NCBI GenBank assembly: GCA_012518555.1
Contig: JAAYRW010000055.1
Coordinates: 1 to 61,756, forward strand
Source of the DNA: Tissierellia bacterium
GTDB lineage: Bacteria; Bacillota; Clostridia; Tissierellales; Sedimentibacteraceae
Direction: 5' to 3'
DNA length: 61,756 nt
Shown here: positions 9,665 to 19,972 of the stretch, one piece after another
How positions within the stretch are numbered: position 1 is the stretch's first letter
Layout of the letters: each line of letters starts with the position of its first letter
Translations under genes and position numbers: made by a program
Notes under the pieces: generated by a model
The model's input: only the letters and a program-made list of their open reading frames with translations
Told to the model about the DNA's origin: nothing
Databases searched by the model: none

Positions 9665-10669
9665 CTAGAGTTTTTCTTCTTTTTTGTCTCTTAGCATTAA
9701 TTTCTTTACTGTTTCTCTTACATCAGCATTATGTTCTAATACTTCATACATAGCATTTACTATAGGCATTTCCACATTTAATTTTTTTGAAAGTTCATAG
9801 GCTGCATAGCTAGTTGGAATTCCTTCTACCACCATTCCTACTTTCGTAATAGCTTCATCCTTTGTTAGTCCCTGACCTATTAAGTGGCCTGCATTCCAAT
9901 TTCTTGAAAGTTTACTTGTACAAGTTACTATTAAATCACCGATTCCTGATAAACCATAGAAGGTGTGAATACTTGCTCCCATAGCAAGGCCTAACCTAGC
10001 TATTTCTACTATTCCTCTATTAATAAGAGCAGCTTTTGCATTGTCACCGTAGCCTAAACCATCTGATATACCAGCACCTAGTGCTATTATATTTTTTAAT
10101 GCTCCGCCTAATTCTACTCCTAACACATCATCATTAGTATATACTCTGAAATAGCTGGTCATGAATATGTCTTGGATTTCTTCTGCTACTGTTTTATTAC
10201 TACAGGCAATAGTTATAGCCGTAGGCATTCCCAGTCCCACCTCTTCAGCATGGGAAGGTCCCGACAAAACGGCATAAATACAATTATTGCTTTCTTCCTT
10301 AACTATCTGTGAAACTAAGCACATAGTACCTTTTTCGATACCTTTTGATGCATTAATTATTATTTTATTGCTTTTGTATTGGTCTTTTATCTCTTTCAAA
10401 ATACCTCTTACTGCTTGGGTAGATGCAACTATGAGTAATATTTCTGCATCTTTTGCAGCTTCATTTATATCTAGGGTAAATAGAATATTTTCAGGTATTT
10501 TTATTTTTGGAAGATATTTTTCATTTATTCTTTCAGTCTTTAACTTCTTGCATTGTTCTTCATCTCTAAGCCATACTGTAATATTATGGCCTTTTTCTGA
10601 AAGCAACTTGGCAAGGGCAGTTCCCCAGCTACCTCCTCCTAAAAGTGTAATATTTCTTTTCATCTTCAT
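9665..10669 (-). CDS. gpsA: NAD(P)H-dependent glycerol-3-phosphate dehydrogenase
   Basis: GGGSWGTALA, SKGIE, LSGPSHAEEV, GGALKNIIA, GIGDLIVTC..SRN. Confidence 0.97.
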   Translation of the reverse strand: MKMKRNITLLGGGSWGTALAKLLSEKGHNITVWLRDEEQCKKLKTERINEKYLPKIKIPENILFTLDINEAAKDAEILLIVASTQAVRGILKEIKDQYKSNKIIINASKGIEKGTMCLVSQIVKEESNNCIYAVLSGPSHAEEVGLGMPTAITIACSNKTVAEEIQDIFMTSYFRVYTNDDVLGVELGGALKNIIALGAGISDGLGYGDNAKAALINRGIVEIARLGLAMGASIHTFYGLSGIGDLIVTCTSKLSRNWNAGHLIGQGLTKDEAITKVGMVVEGIPTSYAAYELSKKLNVEMPIVNAMYEVLEHNADVRETVKKLMLRDKKEEKL

Positions 10670-10672
10670 CTC

Positions 10673-11254
10673 CTAAAATTTATTTTCCTCTCCTCTTATT
10701 AGCCTGTTTATATTGTCTTTATGTCTGAAAATAGACATACCGGCAATGAAAAAACAAAATATTAACAGTTGTCCCTGGAAAGGTTTAATAAATATAAGGG
10801 CTACTAATGGTGCCGACGCCATTCCAATAATAGAACCTAAAGAAACAGTCCTACTAATTATAATAATTATTAAACCCAATATTACGCATAGTATTGTAAG
10901 GAATGGATTTATTATTGCCATAACACCTATAGTTGTAGCAACTCCCTTTCCTCCTTTGAAATTAAGGAGCACTGGCCAGTTATGACCTATTATAGCAAAG
11001 GCTCCCCCTAGATATGCTCCTAGCTCTGACCCTATGCTCCTTCCCAAAACAACTGCAACTAATCCTTTTAATACATCTCCTACTAAAACCATGGCACCGA
11101 TTTTTTTGCCGAAGGTTCTAAGGGCATTAGTTGTACCTGCATTGCCACTTCCGTATTCTCTAACATCTTTTTTTTCAAATATTTTACCTAGTATGTAGGC
11201 AAAAGAAATATTGCCTATGAAATAAGCTATAATTGCAATAAAAATATACTTCAT
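10673..11254 (-). CDS. plsY: Glycerol-3-phosphate acyltransferase PlsY
   Basis: GSGNAGTTNALR, DVLKG, GHNWP..FKGGKGVAT, HKDNINRL. Confidence 0.96.
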   Translation of the reverse strand: MKYIFIAIIAYFIGNISFAYILGKIFEKKDVREYGSGNAGTTNALRTFGKKIGAMVLVGDVLKGLVAVVLGRSIGSELGAYLGGAFAIIGHNWPVLLNFKGGKGVATTIGVMAIINPFLTILCVILGLIIIIISRTVSLGSIIGMASAPLVALIFIKPFQGQLLIFCFFIAGMSIFRHKDNINRLIRGEENKF

Positions 11255-11283
11255 ACTTCCTCCATTTTATGGGGCATTCCACG

Positions 11284-12609
11284 TTAATTATTCTTTTCAT
11301 TTCGATTCCTAAACTCTATAACAATAGGTGTCCCTATATAATCAAAGGATTCACGAATTTTATTTTCAAGATATCGTTCATAGGAAAAATGTACGATTTC
11401 TTTATCGTTTACAAAAATCAGAAACTTTGGCGGATTTACCGCAACTTGAGTTCCATAATATATTTTCAATCTCTTTCCTTTCACTGTGGCAGGTTGGTTC
11501 ATAAGAACAGCTTCCGTTAGAATATCATTTAATACTCCTGTAGAAATCCTTAAATTTCTGAAACTATATACTTCATTTACCGTATTAAGAATTTTGTTCA
11601 TTCTCTGACCGGTTAAGGCTGATACAGTAATTATAGGAGCATATGGAGCGTAGGCCAAATTTGTTCGTATACTGTCAGTAAACTCCTTAAAGGTCTTATT
11701 ATCTTTATCTATAAGATCCCACTTATTTATAACGACAATCATACCCTTGTTATTATCGTGAGAATATCCTGCAATCCTTATATCCTGATCAGTTACACCT
11801 TTACTTGCATCAATTACTAAGATGCATATATCTGCTCTCTCTATAGCAGTAAAAGCTCTTAAAACACTATACTTTTCCACTGCCTCAGAAACCTTACTCT
11901 TTCTTCTGATGCCTGCAGTATCTATGAGTGTATATTGCTGACCCTCATTTTCGAATTTCGTATCTATGGCGTCCCTTGTAGTTCCGGGAATATTGCTAAC
12001 TATTACCCTTTCCTCTCCTATAATACGATTAATAATAGATGATTTTCCTGCATTTGGCTTACCGATTACGGCGATTTTTATACTGTCGTCTTCATCTTCA
12101 GTATTCATTGTATCGTCAAATTTAGCAATAACTTCATCTAACAAATCCCCTATTCCCAATGCCTCTGATGATGAAACAGAAACCGGATCACCCAATCCTA
12201 AGTTATAAAATTCATAAATATTATCTTCATCTACGAATCTGTCCATTTTATTAACTACTAAAATTATTTCTTTATTAGCTTTTCGTAGCATTTGAGCTAC
12301 TTCAACATCTGTAGCCGTTACTCCTTCTTTGCCGTCAACCATGAACAAAACAACATCAGCCATATCTATGGCAATTTCCGCCTGTATACGCATCTGTGCA
12401 AATATTGTATCCTTAGTATCTGGCTCAATGCCACCTGTATCTATTAATGTAAAATTCTTGTTCAACCATTCGCATTCAGCATAAATCCTATCTCTCGTTA
12501 CACCGGGAGTATCTTCGGTTATAGATATTCTTTTACCGGCAATTCTATTAAAGAGTGTTGACTTACCTACATTTGGTCTGCCAACAATAGTTACTATAGG
12601 TCTACCCAT
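11284..12609 (-). CDS. der: Ribosome biogenesis GTPase Der
   Basis: Two GTPase domains ([16 protein letters not shown]) plus a KH-like tail. Start at MGRPIV after GGGGAGG. Confidence 0.98.
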   Translation of the reverse strand: MGRPIVTIVGRPNVGKSTLFNRIAGKRISITEDTPGVTRDRIYAECEWLNKNFTLIDTGGIEPDTKDTIFAQMRIQAEIAIDMADVVLFMVDGKEGVTATDVEVAQMLRKANKEIILVVNKMDRFVDEDNIYEFYNLGLGDPVSVSSSEALGIGDLLDEVIAKFDDTMNTEDEDDSIKIAVIGKPNAGKSSIINRIIGEERVIVSNIPGTTRDAIDTKFENEGQQYTLIDTAGIRRKSKVSEAVEKYSVLRAFTAIERADICILVIDASKGVTDQDIRIAGYSHDNNKGMIVVINKWDLIDKDNKTFKEFTDSIRTNLAYAPYAPIITVSALTGQRMNKILNTVNEVYSFRNLRISTGVLNDILTEAVLMNQPATVKGKRLKIYYGTQVAVNPPKFLIFVNDKEIVHFSYERYLENKIRESFDYIGTPIVIEFRNRNEKNN

Positions 12610-12622
12610 TTTCTTCCTCCCC

Positions 12623-13918
12623 TTACTCAACCATTAAATTAAGCAATGCTTCAGCATCCACTTCACATACAGTTACTTCCGTATTTAACTGTCTTTTTAA
12701 ATCTTCAATAACCATATCATCTAACATAACGAAATTGTCGTTAACCATATTTCTTGGAATAATAATATTTCTAAAATTCTTTCCTTTTAGTTGTTCAACT
12801 ATATCCTTTCCCGTAGTAAGTCCGGAAACCGTTATACGGTCACCAAAAAAGTTATTAATTATTTTTACTACATTTATTTTAATATCTATTTTGCTCATAA
12901 TTTTCTCTGATAATTCAACCATTAAATTATAGGCAGCAGTAGCCGTTACTAATGTAACTTCATTTTTTGTAACTTTTGTGTATTTTATGTCTTTTAAAGC
13001 ATCTTCTAACTGTTTTATAAATAATCTACACATACCTATGCCGTTTTCTAATTGGTCAAAATCCTCATAATCTTCGTAAGAAGGAAATGGATTTTCACTT
13101 AATATATAAAATTCATCGGCTATAAATATAAATCTTGTTTTTATTTTTTTTAGCAACTGTTTTTGTATACTTGCCACCTGCTTAACAACTTCTATTGCAC
13201 TTTCTTTGTCGAAAGCTTTTATATCTAAAAGTTTTTCTCTGTGTTTAGTAAGTCCTACAGGTACTACCGCAACACTTCTTAATCCCGGATGTAGAGATGC
13301 TAAATCATTAATTGTCTTTGTCAGCTCTTCTTTGTCATTTACCTCTCTAACTAAGACTATCTGACAGTCTACCGTTATTCCTGCATCTATTAGTTTTTTT
13401 AAATATTCTAATATGTCCAGATCGCTATCGTTACCCATCATATACTTCCTTAAGTCTGAATCGGTAGTATGGACAGAAACCTTTATGGGACTTATTTTAT
13501 ATTTTATAATTCTATCTATTTCATCCTGAGATAAATTTGTTAATGTAATAAAGTTTCCGTACAAAAACGAAAGTCTGGTATCATCATCCTTAACGTAAAG
13601 GGTTTTTCGCATTCCTTTAGGTAATTGGTCAATAAAACAGAATATGCATTTGTTTGAACATACCTTTATATTGTCCATAAGGGGATTTTCAAATACAATT
13701 CCTAGGTCCTCATCATATTCCTTTTCAATTTCTAACTCCCAAATTTCTCCATCTTGCTTTTTTATTTCAACATAAACTAAGTTGTCAGAAATTTGATATT
13801 TATAGTCTATATAATCCTTTACTATGGAATTGTTCACCCTTAGCAGTTCATCGCCAGGCTCAACTTCCAACTCTTCCGCAATACTATTTTTTAATACTTT
13901 TACAATTATATTTTTCAT
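12623..13918 (-). CDS. DUF512 domain radical-SAM-like protein with N-terminal PDZ-like domain
   Basis: [41 protein letters not shown]; typical neighbour of der. Confidence 0.9.
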   Translation of the reverse strand: MKNIIVKVLKNSIAEELEVEPGDELLRVNNSIVKDYIDYKYQISDNLVYVEIKKQDGEIWELEIEKEYDEDLGIVFENPLMDNIKVCSNKCIFCFIDQLPKGMRKTLYVKDDDTRLSFLYGNFITLTNLSQDEIDRIIKYKISPIKVSVHTTDSDLRKYMMGNDSDLDILEYLKKLIDAGITVDCQIVLVREVNDKEELTKTINDLASLHPGLRSVAVVPVGLTKHREKLLDIKAFDKESAIEVVKQVASIQKQLLKKIKTRFIFIADEFYILSENPFPSYEDYEDFDQLENGIGMCRLFIKQLEDALKDIKYTKVTKNEVTLVTATAAYNLMVELSEKIMSKIDIKINVVKIINNFFGDRITVSGLTTGKDIVEQLKGKNFRNIIIPRNMVNDNFVMLDDMVIEDLKRQLNTEVTVCEVDAEALLNLMVE

Positions 13919-14072
13919 AGTTTAATCCTTTATTCAATATCGGTCACATTATATCATACCATGACAATTTACTGCAACGCTATTTTTACAAGGAAGTGGG
14001 AAGGTCCTTTCTAGATTAGAGTAAATCTTAGTAGGTAGAAGAAATATCTCCCTTTATATAGAGAAGGGGCAT

Positions 14073-14130
14073 AATAAAAGGGACTGATTCTTTCATTGAA
14101 TTATCAATTTAAAAGTCAGTCCCTTTTATT
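14073..14130. terminator. Long hairpin / terminator downstream of the ferredoxin gene
   Basis: AATAAAAGGGACTGA ... TCAGTCCCTTTTATT 15-bp perfect inverted repeat. Confidence 0.75.
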
Positions 14131-14140
14131 CTATTCCTTC

Positions 14141-14317
<177 letters not shown>

Positions 14318-14413
14318 TCACCTCCCCCTAAAAATCATATACCTATTCTAACATTATTTGCATATATTTTAAAGTCTTTTTTTGAAAATTTTAATATTTT
14401 TTTAACAATTTTA

Positions 14414-15286
14414 TCAATCTTCTAATTCTTGTAAATTTATTTCTTCTGACTTTCGCTTTTTCATTCCTTCTTCCATAACTTTGAGTTCTTGCCCCTTTAT
14501 CTCTTCTATTTCAACACTTCCGTCACTTTTTAAAACATTAACTTTAGCCGTTACGAATAGGGGGTTAACATCTAGTACTAGACCTGTTTTATTGGTCCCT
14601 ATTACTTTAACTTTATCTCCAACATCAGGAAGTAGTTTTACATTTTCTTCGTAAACATGGTGCTCATAGTTTAAGCAACACATAAGTCTTGAGCAAATAC
14701 CTGAAATTTTGGCTGGATTTAAAGATAGTTTCTGCTCTTTTGCCATTTTTATCGATACAGGATAAAATTCTCCCAAGAAGTTTGCACAGCACATTTGCCT
14801 TCCGCAAGGACCTAACCCGCCTATCATTTTAGCTTCATCACGGACACCTATTTGTCTTAGTTCTATTCTAGTCCTAAATACTGAAGCTAAATCCTTAACT
14901 AATTCCCTGAAATCTATTCTTCCATCTGCCGTAAAATAAAAAATCACTTTATTGTTATCGAAAGTATATTCAATATCTATCAGTTTCATTTCTAATCCGT
15001 GATCTTCTATTTTTTTAAGACATATATCGAAAGCTCTTTTTTCTTTATCTATATTTTCTTGATTAATTTTATTATCTTCTTCTGTTGCAAGCCTTAAAAC
15101 CTTTTTCAAAGGTTGAACTATATCGTCTTCTTTAACCATTTTAGGACCTACAACTACTTGACCGTATTCGATTCCTCTAACGGTTTCTACTATTACAAAA
15201 TCTCCATTGTTAATCCACTTTTTCTCAGGATCAAAATAGTATATTTTGCCGGCTTTCTTAAATCTTACGCCAACTACTTTTATCAT
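14414..15286 (-). CDS. ricT: PSP1-domain protein YaaT/RicT
   Basis: GKIYYFDP, YFTADGRIDFRELVKDLA, GPCGR..CC, SGICSRLMCCL. Confidence 0.95.
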   Translation of the reverse strand: MIKVVGVRFKKAGKIYYFDPEKKWINNGDFVIVETVRGIEYGQVVVGPKMVKEDDIVQPLKKVLRLATEEDNKINQENIDKEKRAFDICLKKIEDHGLEMKLIDIEYTFDNNKVIFYFTADGRIDFRELVKDLASVFRTRIELRQIGVRDEAKMIGGLGPCGRQMCCANFLGEFYPVSIKMAKEQKLSLNPAKISGICSRLMCCLNYEHHVYEENVKLLPDVGDKVKVIGTNKTGLVLDVNPLFVTAKVNVLKSDGSVEIEEIKGQELKVMEEGMKKRKSEEINLQELED

Positions 15287-16260
15287 TTAAAGTCCTCCTG
15301 AATCTTTAAAAGCATATTGCTAACTGCTAATTTATAATTAACATTACTTCTTATATTATCACTTATATCTTGCATAAATTCAATTAAATCTGAATTTTTT
15401 TTCATATTTTTGCCGTGGGTTTTTAATAATTGCAGGTAGTCCTTGTTAATAACTAAATTGTCCATATTGTTATTAACAAATACTATGTCCCTAATCCACA
15501 CCATCATTATTTCTATAATTGTATCTATATTATCTTTTTGTTGATCAAAGTAATTTTCTAATTCATAAATAATTTCAGAATGGGAATTTATTATTTTATC
15601 AAATAATTTAATTATTTCTTGCCGTTGATGAAGAATATTATCTTCACCTCTTACTATATTAATTGCTTTATTTAATATTCCATTTGAATAGTTTGCTGCT
15701 AATTCAATAATTTGTTTGTCGGTAATATATTTTTCTAATTCTTGCATTATGGTTTCTTTACTTATATTTTTAAATTTTATTATTTGACACCTTGAAACTA
15801 TTGTATCTAAAAGCAAGTTTGAATTTGTTGTCAACAATAGCATAACCGTATCACCGGGAGGCTCTTCTAAAGTTTTTAGAAAAGTATTAGCCCCTTGAAT
15901 TGTCATAGACTCTGCAGCTTTTATAATATAAATTTTTCTTTTTGATTCATAGGGTTTTCTATATACTGAATTTATTAAATCGTCGATTTCTTCCCTTTTT
16001 ATATTTTTTTCATCTTCATTTATTATATGAAGATCTGGATGGTTAAAAGAATTAAATTTCACACAGCTTTTGCAAGTGTTACAAGGGTCATGTAGGAAAT
16101 TTAAGCAAAGTAAAGACTGAGCAAAAATCAGTGCTAATTGATATTTGCCCATACCTTTCGGTCCTTCAAATATATAGCAGTGTGAAACTTTATTATTGTT
16201 TATTGATTTAATTAATGATTCTTTAATTTCTTCCTGTCCTGCTACCTGGCTGTAGAGCAT
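15283..16260 (-). CDS. holB: DNA polymerase III delta' subunit
   Basis: HCYIFEGPKGMGK, zinc-binding cysteines, HPD, NTFLKTLEEPP, TIVSRC. Confidence 0.93.
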   Translation of the reverse strand: MLYSQVAGQEEIKESLIKSINNNKVSHCYIFEGPKGMGKYQLALIFAQSLLCLNFLHDPCNTCKSCVKFNSFNHPDLHIINEDEKNIKREEIDDLINSVYRKPYESKRKIYIIKAAESMTIQGANTFLKTLEEPPGDTVMLLLTTNSNLLLDTIVSRCQIIKFKNISKETIMQELEKYITDKQIIELAANYSNGILNKAINIVRGEDNILHQRQEIIKLFDKIINSHSEIIYELENYFDQQKDNIDTIIEIMMVWIRDIVFVNNNMDNLVINKDYLQLLKTHGKNMKKNSDLIEFMQDISDNIRSNVNYKLAVSNMLLKIQEDFK

Positions 16261-16269
16261 AGTTCCCCC

Positions 16270-16602
16270 TTAAATTTTTTCAAATCTTTCTATGGCTGTT
16301 ACAAAAACAACGGCTCCTCCTACTGTAACTTCAATAGTTTGGGGTAAGTATCCTCCTACGGTACTAAAAGAACTTGGAGGTATAGCAGCCGTTACTTTCT
16401 TTTTAGTTTTACATATTTTTTTGATAATTTCAATTACACTATCTACCTGATCATCATCTACAGCGGAAATAAGGGTAGTATTACCGGAACTTAAAAAACC
16501 ACCTGTTGATGACATTTTAGTAGAAGAATGTCCTGCTTCCCGCAATGCGGCAATCAACTTGTTTGCATCATCATTTTGTACAATGGCAGTAATCAGTTTC
16601 AT
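16270..16602 (-). CDS. darA: Cyclic-di-AMP receptor DarA (PII-like, YaaQ)
   Basis: TKMSSTGGFLSSGNTT, VGGAVVFV; located between tmk and holB. Confidence 0.93.
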   Translation of the reverse strand: MKLITAIVQNDDANKLIAALREAGHSSTKMSSTGGFLSSGNTTLISAVDDDQVDSVIEIIKKICKTKKKVTAAIPPSSFSTVGGYLPQTIEVTVGGAVVFVTAIERFEKI

Positions 16603-16611
16603 ACTTTCCTC

Positions 16612-17220
16612 CTATATTTTTAATATTCTTATAATTTCTTCAAATACTTCATCTATTGTTCCATCTCTACTAAGCTCGGTGATTTCAGGAAAATGATGAG
16701 GAAGTTTTCTATATCCTTCATAAACTTTACGGTGGAAAGAAATATCTTCATTTTCCAATCTATCCCCGCCATCAATGCTAAGTTTTCTTTTCAATCCTTT
16801 TTCAGGATCTACATTTAATAAAATCACTGAATCCGGTTTAATTCCTGCTGTTGCAAAATCATTTATTTTTTTAACTTCATCTATTCCAAGACCTCTTCCC
16901 AAACCTTGATAAACTAAACTTGAATAAACATATCTCTCACTGATTACAATTTTTCCTTCATTAAGCCAAGGAATTATTTTTTCAGATATTAACTGTGCCC
17001 TGGAAGCAGCGTATAGCAAAGCTTCTGTTCTGTAGTCCATTTCTTCGTTATTTCTGTCCAATAATAACTGTCTTATTCTTTCACTTATATCTGTTCCTCC
17101 TGGCTCCCTGGTAATTTCAACTTCAAAACCTTTCTCTAGTAAGTAATTCTTTAGTTTTAAAGCTAAAGTACTTTTACCCGAACCGTCGGATCCTTCTAAT
17201 ACTATAAATCTTCCTTCCAT
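16612..17220 (-). CDS. tmk: Thymidylate kinase
   Basis: EGSDGSGKST, TREPGGT, EALLYAASRAQ, RYVYSSLVYQG. Confidence 0.96.
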   Translation of the reverse strand: MEGRFIVLEGSDGSGKSTLALKLKNYLLEKGFEVEITREPGGTDISERIRQLLLDRNNEEMDYRTEALLYAASRAQLISEKIIPWLNEGKIVISERYVYSSLVYQGLGRGLGIDEVKKINDFATAGIKPDSVILLNVDPEKGLKRKLSIDGGDRLENEDISFHRKVYEGYRKLPHHFPEITELSRDGTIDEVFEEIIRILKI

Positions 17221-18644
17221 TTAACTACTCTCACTAAATTATTTTCATTAACTCCATTAACATTAATTCCATTTTCGAGCATTACTTTAACATAGTCAGC
17301 TGTATCCTGATCAATTATTTCCCCGGGACATACTAAAGGAATTCCCGGTGGATATGGAATAATAAATCCGGCTGCAGTCCTTCCTATAGATTCATCTATC
17401 TTAACAAAAATGTTTTCTGCATAAAAAGCACTTCTCATTTTTCTTTCATGTTGTAAGCTAGGAAATGGTTCAATTTGAATTATCTCCCCCTTTTCCTTAT
17501 TTTTGCTTTCCTTTAGATAGATTTCCTTAACTGCATCGAAAAGTCTATGAATATCTTCCGGCTCGTCAGTTGCCGTTATATAGCCAACCGTATACTGCAA
17601 ATCAGCAAATTCCATTTGTATTCTATATTTATATCTTAAAATATCCTGCAATTTCGTACCCGTAATTCCAATTTCACTCATACTAATAACTGCCCGAGTT
17701 GCATCGAAACTATAGAGACCTTCCCCTATTAAAAAATTTTCCTCTAATACATTAATCCCTATCTTACGCAGTTCTAATGTTCTTTCTTTAAATATTTCTA
17801 TATTTCTTTTAAGTCTTTCTTTTCCACTGCTTTCCATCCAATGAACGGCATTTTCAATAGAGGCCATTAAGACGTATGAAGGAGAAGATGTTTGAAGCAT
17901 CCTTAACATAGCTTCAATATTGTCTACCTTAACCCTTTCTGAACATACATGAAGCAATGAACCTTGGGATAGGCAGGGTAATGTTTTGTGTATACTTTGA
18001 GTAACTATATCTGCCCCTGAACTTTCTGCAGGTAGAGGCAAGTCCTCAGAAAATTTAAGATGTGAACCGTGAGCTTCATCGATCATAAGTATTTTTCCAT
18101 GTTTATGAACTATTTCTGCAGCTTTCTTAATATCAAAACAAATACCGTAAAATGTTGGATAGGTTAGTACCACCATTTTTATTTCCGGCTTATAGCTAAG
18201 TTGTTGATCTAACTTTTCTAAACTTATGCTAAAATTAAGTCCATATTTCTTGTTAAATTCCGGATATAAATAAACCAGTTCCAAATCCCCTAATATAGAA
18301 GCATTGTAAACTGACTTGTGGCAATCCCTCTGAACAAGTATTTTATCTCCAGGTTTGGTACATGCCATAATCGATGAAATAATTCCACAGGATGTCCCGT
18401 TTACAACCATGTATGATTTTTTACTGCCGTATACCTTAGATATATAATCCATAGCATCCTTCAGAAAGCCGGCAGGATAATGTAAGTTATCTGTTCCAAT
18501 TGTTTCTGTCAGGTCGTAGGAACTTATGTCTTCAATTAGTTGACCTAAAAATTCATTCTTACCCTTATGACCAGGCATGTGAAAGTTAGTGTCCACTTGG
18601 CTACGATATTGCTTAATCCCTGAAATAATGTTTTGTTTTTTCAT
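17202..18644 (-). CDS. PLP-dependent Orn/Lys/Arg decarboxylase (YaaO-like)
   Basis: FHMPGHKG, VNGTS, RDCHKS, DEAHG, QSIHKT, PYPPGIP. Confidence 0.92.
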   Translation of the reverse strand: MKKQNIISGIKQYRSQVDTNFHMPGHKGKNEFLGQLIEDISSYDLTETIGTDNLHYPAGFLKDAMDYISKVYGSKKSYMVVNGTSCGIISSIMACTKPGDKILVQRDCHKSVYNASILGDLELVYLYPEFNKKYGLNFSISLEKLDQQLSYKPEIKMVVLTYPTFYGICFDIKKAAEIVHKHGKILMIDEAHGSHLKFSEDLPLPAESSGADIVTQSIHKTLPCLSQGSLLHVCSERVKVDNIEAMLRMLQTSSPSYVLMASIENAVHWMESSGKERLKRNIEIFKERTLELRKIGINVLEENFLIGEGLYSFDATRAVISMSEIGITGTKLQDILRYKYRIQMEFADLQYTVGYITATDEPEDIHRLFDAVKEIYLKESKNKEKGEIIQIEPFPSLQHERKMRSAFYAENIFVKIDESIGRTAAGFIIPYPPGIPLVCPGEIIDQDTADYVKVMLENGINVNGVNENNLVRVVKWKEDL

Positions 18645-18706
18645 CTTTTATCTCCCCTTAATTCAAGTTAAATAATGGGATTAATGCCCAGCTCCTTTTT
18701 ATTAAA

Positions 18707-18835
18707 TTATTGTTTATGTTTATTTCTTTTTTTAGAAATACTATTAGTTGTGTGTACGGTTTCTACCGTAAGTACTACTGTTATAGAAAGAAATAACATT
18801 GCAATTGAAAATAATACAATATATTCAAGCCACAT
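18707..18835 (-). CDS. Unannotated 42-aa single-TM peptide with basic tail
   Basis: MWLEYIVLFSIAMLFLSITVVLTVETVHTTNSISKKRNKHKQ; AGGAGG RBS at 18842-18847 and TGGACA-N17-TATAAT at 18854-18882. Confidence 0.65.
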   Translation of the reverse strand: MWLEYIVLFSIAMLFLSITVVLTVETVHTTNSISKKRNKHKQ

Positions 18836-18900
18836 TGTCTACCTCCTGAATATATTATATAACAGCATATTATCATTGTCCAATAATATTGCAGCTATTT

Positions 18901-19176
18901 CTATATAAGTAGTTTAATAATTAATAGGGTAATAAAACCAGGTATTCCTAAAAGCCCTATAGTAAGAGCAGTAATTTCATTTACTCCTATATAGACAGCT
19001 GTAAATTGGCCAAAAAAATTAAATACTATTAAAAACAATGCTCCTATGAGAGAATTCAATATAACTTTTCCTAAAATCTTCAGTGGCTTAAAGAATATCC
19101 ATGATGTCATAAAAATTATCATAACACCTGCCGTATAGGCTAAAATTAAACCTAAATCCGCTCCCGTCACTAGCAC
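18901..19176 (-). CDS. bofA: Pro-sigmaK processing inhibitor BofA family
   Basis: KPLK...NSLIGALFLIVFN...IGVN......GLLGIPG pattern and a sigma-E-like promoter upstream. Confidence 0.88.
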   Translation of the reverse strand: MLVTGADLGLILAYTAGVMIIFMTSWIFFKPLKILGKVILNSLIGALFLIVFNFFGQFTAVYIGVNEITALTIGLLGIPGFITLLIIKLLI

Positions 19177-19214
19177 CCCTCCATTTTATATTATCCACTT
19201 TATCCGCTTAGTTA

Positions 19215-19244
19215 ATTTTATGAAGTTGTCCCTAGGTTTATTAC
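19215..19244 (-). promoter_or_regulatory. Putative sigma-E promoter of bofA
   Basis: Minus strand gtaATA-N16-CATAAAAT. Confidence 0.65.
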
Positions 19245-19270
19245 AATACATATAGAACTTTAGGAATAAG

Positions 19271-19804
19271 TTATTCTTCATCATCTATTATTGATTCTTC
19301 AGCTTCTTTTATTTCTTCATGTCTAAATTTAGATCTTATTTTTTCGGGAATGAATATATATTTATTGACTATAAGAGCAATTAAAATACCAATAGAAGTA
19401 TCCACTACTCTGTTTATAGTATACCATACATATCCTCCCTCATGGCTTTTCGTTATCATTATACTTAAATATACAACACAGCATATTACAACGGATTGTT
19501 TCATATTTATCATAACACAAATTTGAATCAATAACATAATTCCCAAGGGTATAATAAAAATCAGTATTTCATAAGCTGTAATAGTATTGACTAAGAACAA
19601 TACTAAAATACCTACCATACCTCCTATAATCGTTCCTATTATCCTTGCAATTCCTCTATCTAATGAGTCTACTATAGTGTTCTGCATACATATTACCGCC
19701 GCTATACAGGCAAATATAGAATTTTCCCTATTAATGAAATCAAATAACAATAAACATATAAAAACAGCTAATGAAGTTTTTATATTTCGCATACCTATTT
19801 TCAT
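19271..19804 (-). CDS. Aromatic acid exporter / FUSC-like membrane protein
   Basis: KIGMRNIKT, ACIAAVICMQ, RIIGTIIGG, RVVDTSIGI..AL.VN. Start moved to MKIGMR. Confidence 0.85.
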   Translation of the reverse strand: MKIGMRNIKTSLAVFICLLLFDFINRENSIFACIAAVICMQNTIVDSLDRGIARIIGTIIGGMVGILVLFLVNTITAYEILIFIIPLGIMLLIQICVMINMKQSVVICCVVYLSIMITKSHEGGYVWYTINRVVDTSIGILIALIVNKYIFIPEKIRSKFRHEEIKEAEESIIDDEE

Positions 19805-19972
19805 ATTAATACCCCTATCGAATGAAAATTTATTCAAAAATATTTTTCCCTATGCATACACATTGTAAATAATAATTGCTGTTTTGTCCAGAAAAAAATT
19901 TTAATATTATTTTACATAGGTCTTTATATGTATTATAATATAACTATAATTAATAAATAAAGGAGAAAAATA

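Noticed and set aside
18675-18908. Plus-strand 77-aa hydrophobic ORF
   Set aside because: No RBS; the minus-strand 42-aa ORF has both RBS and promoter support.
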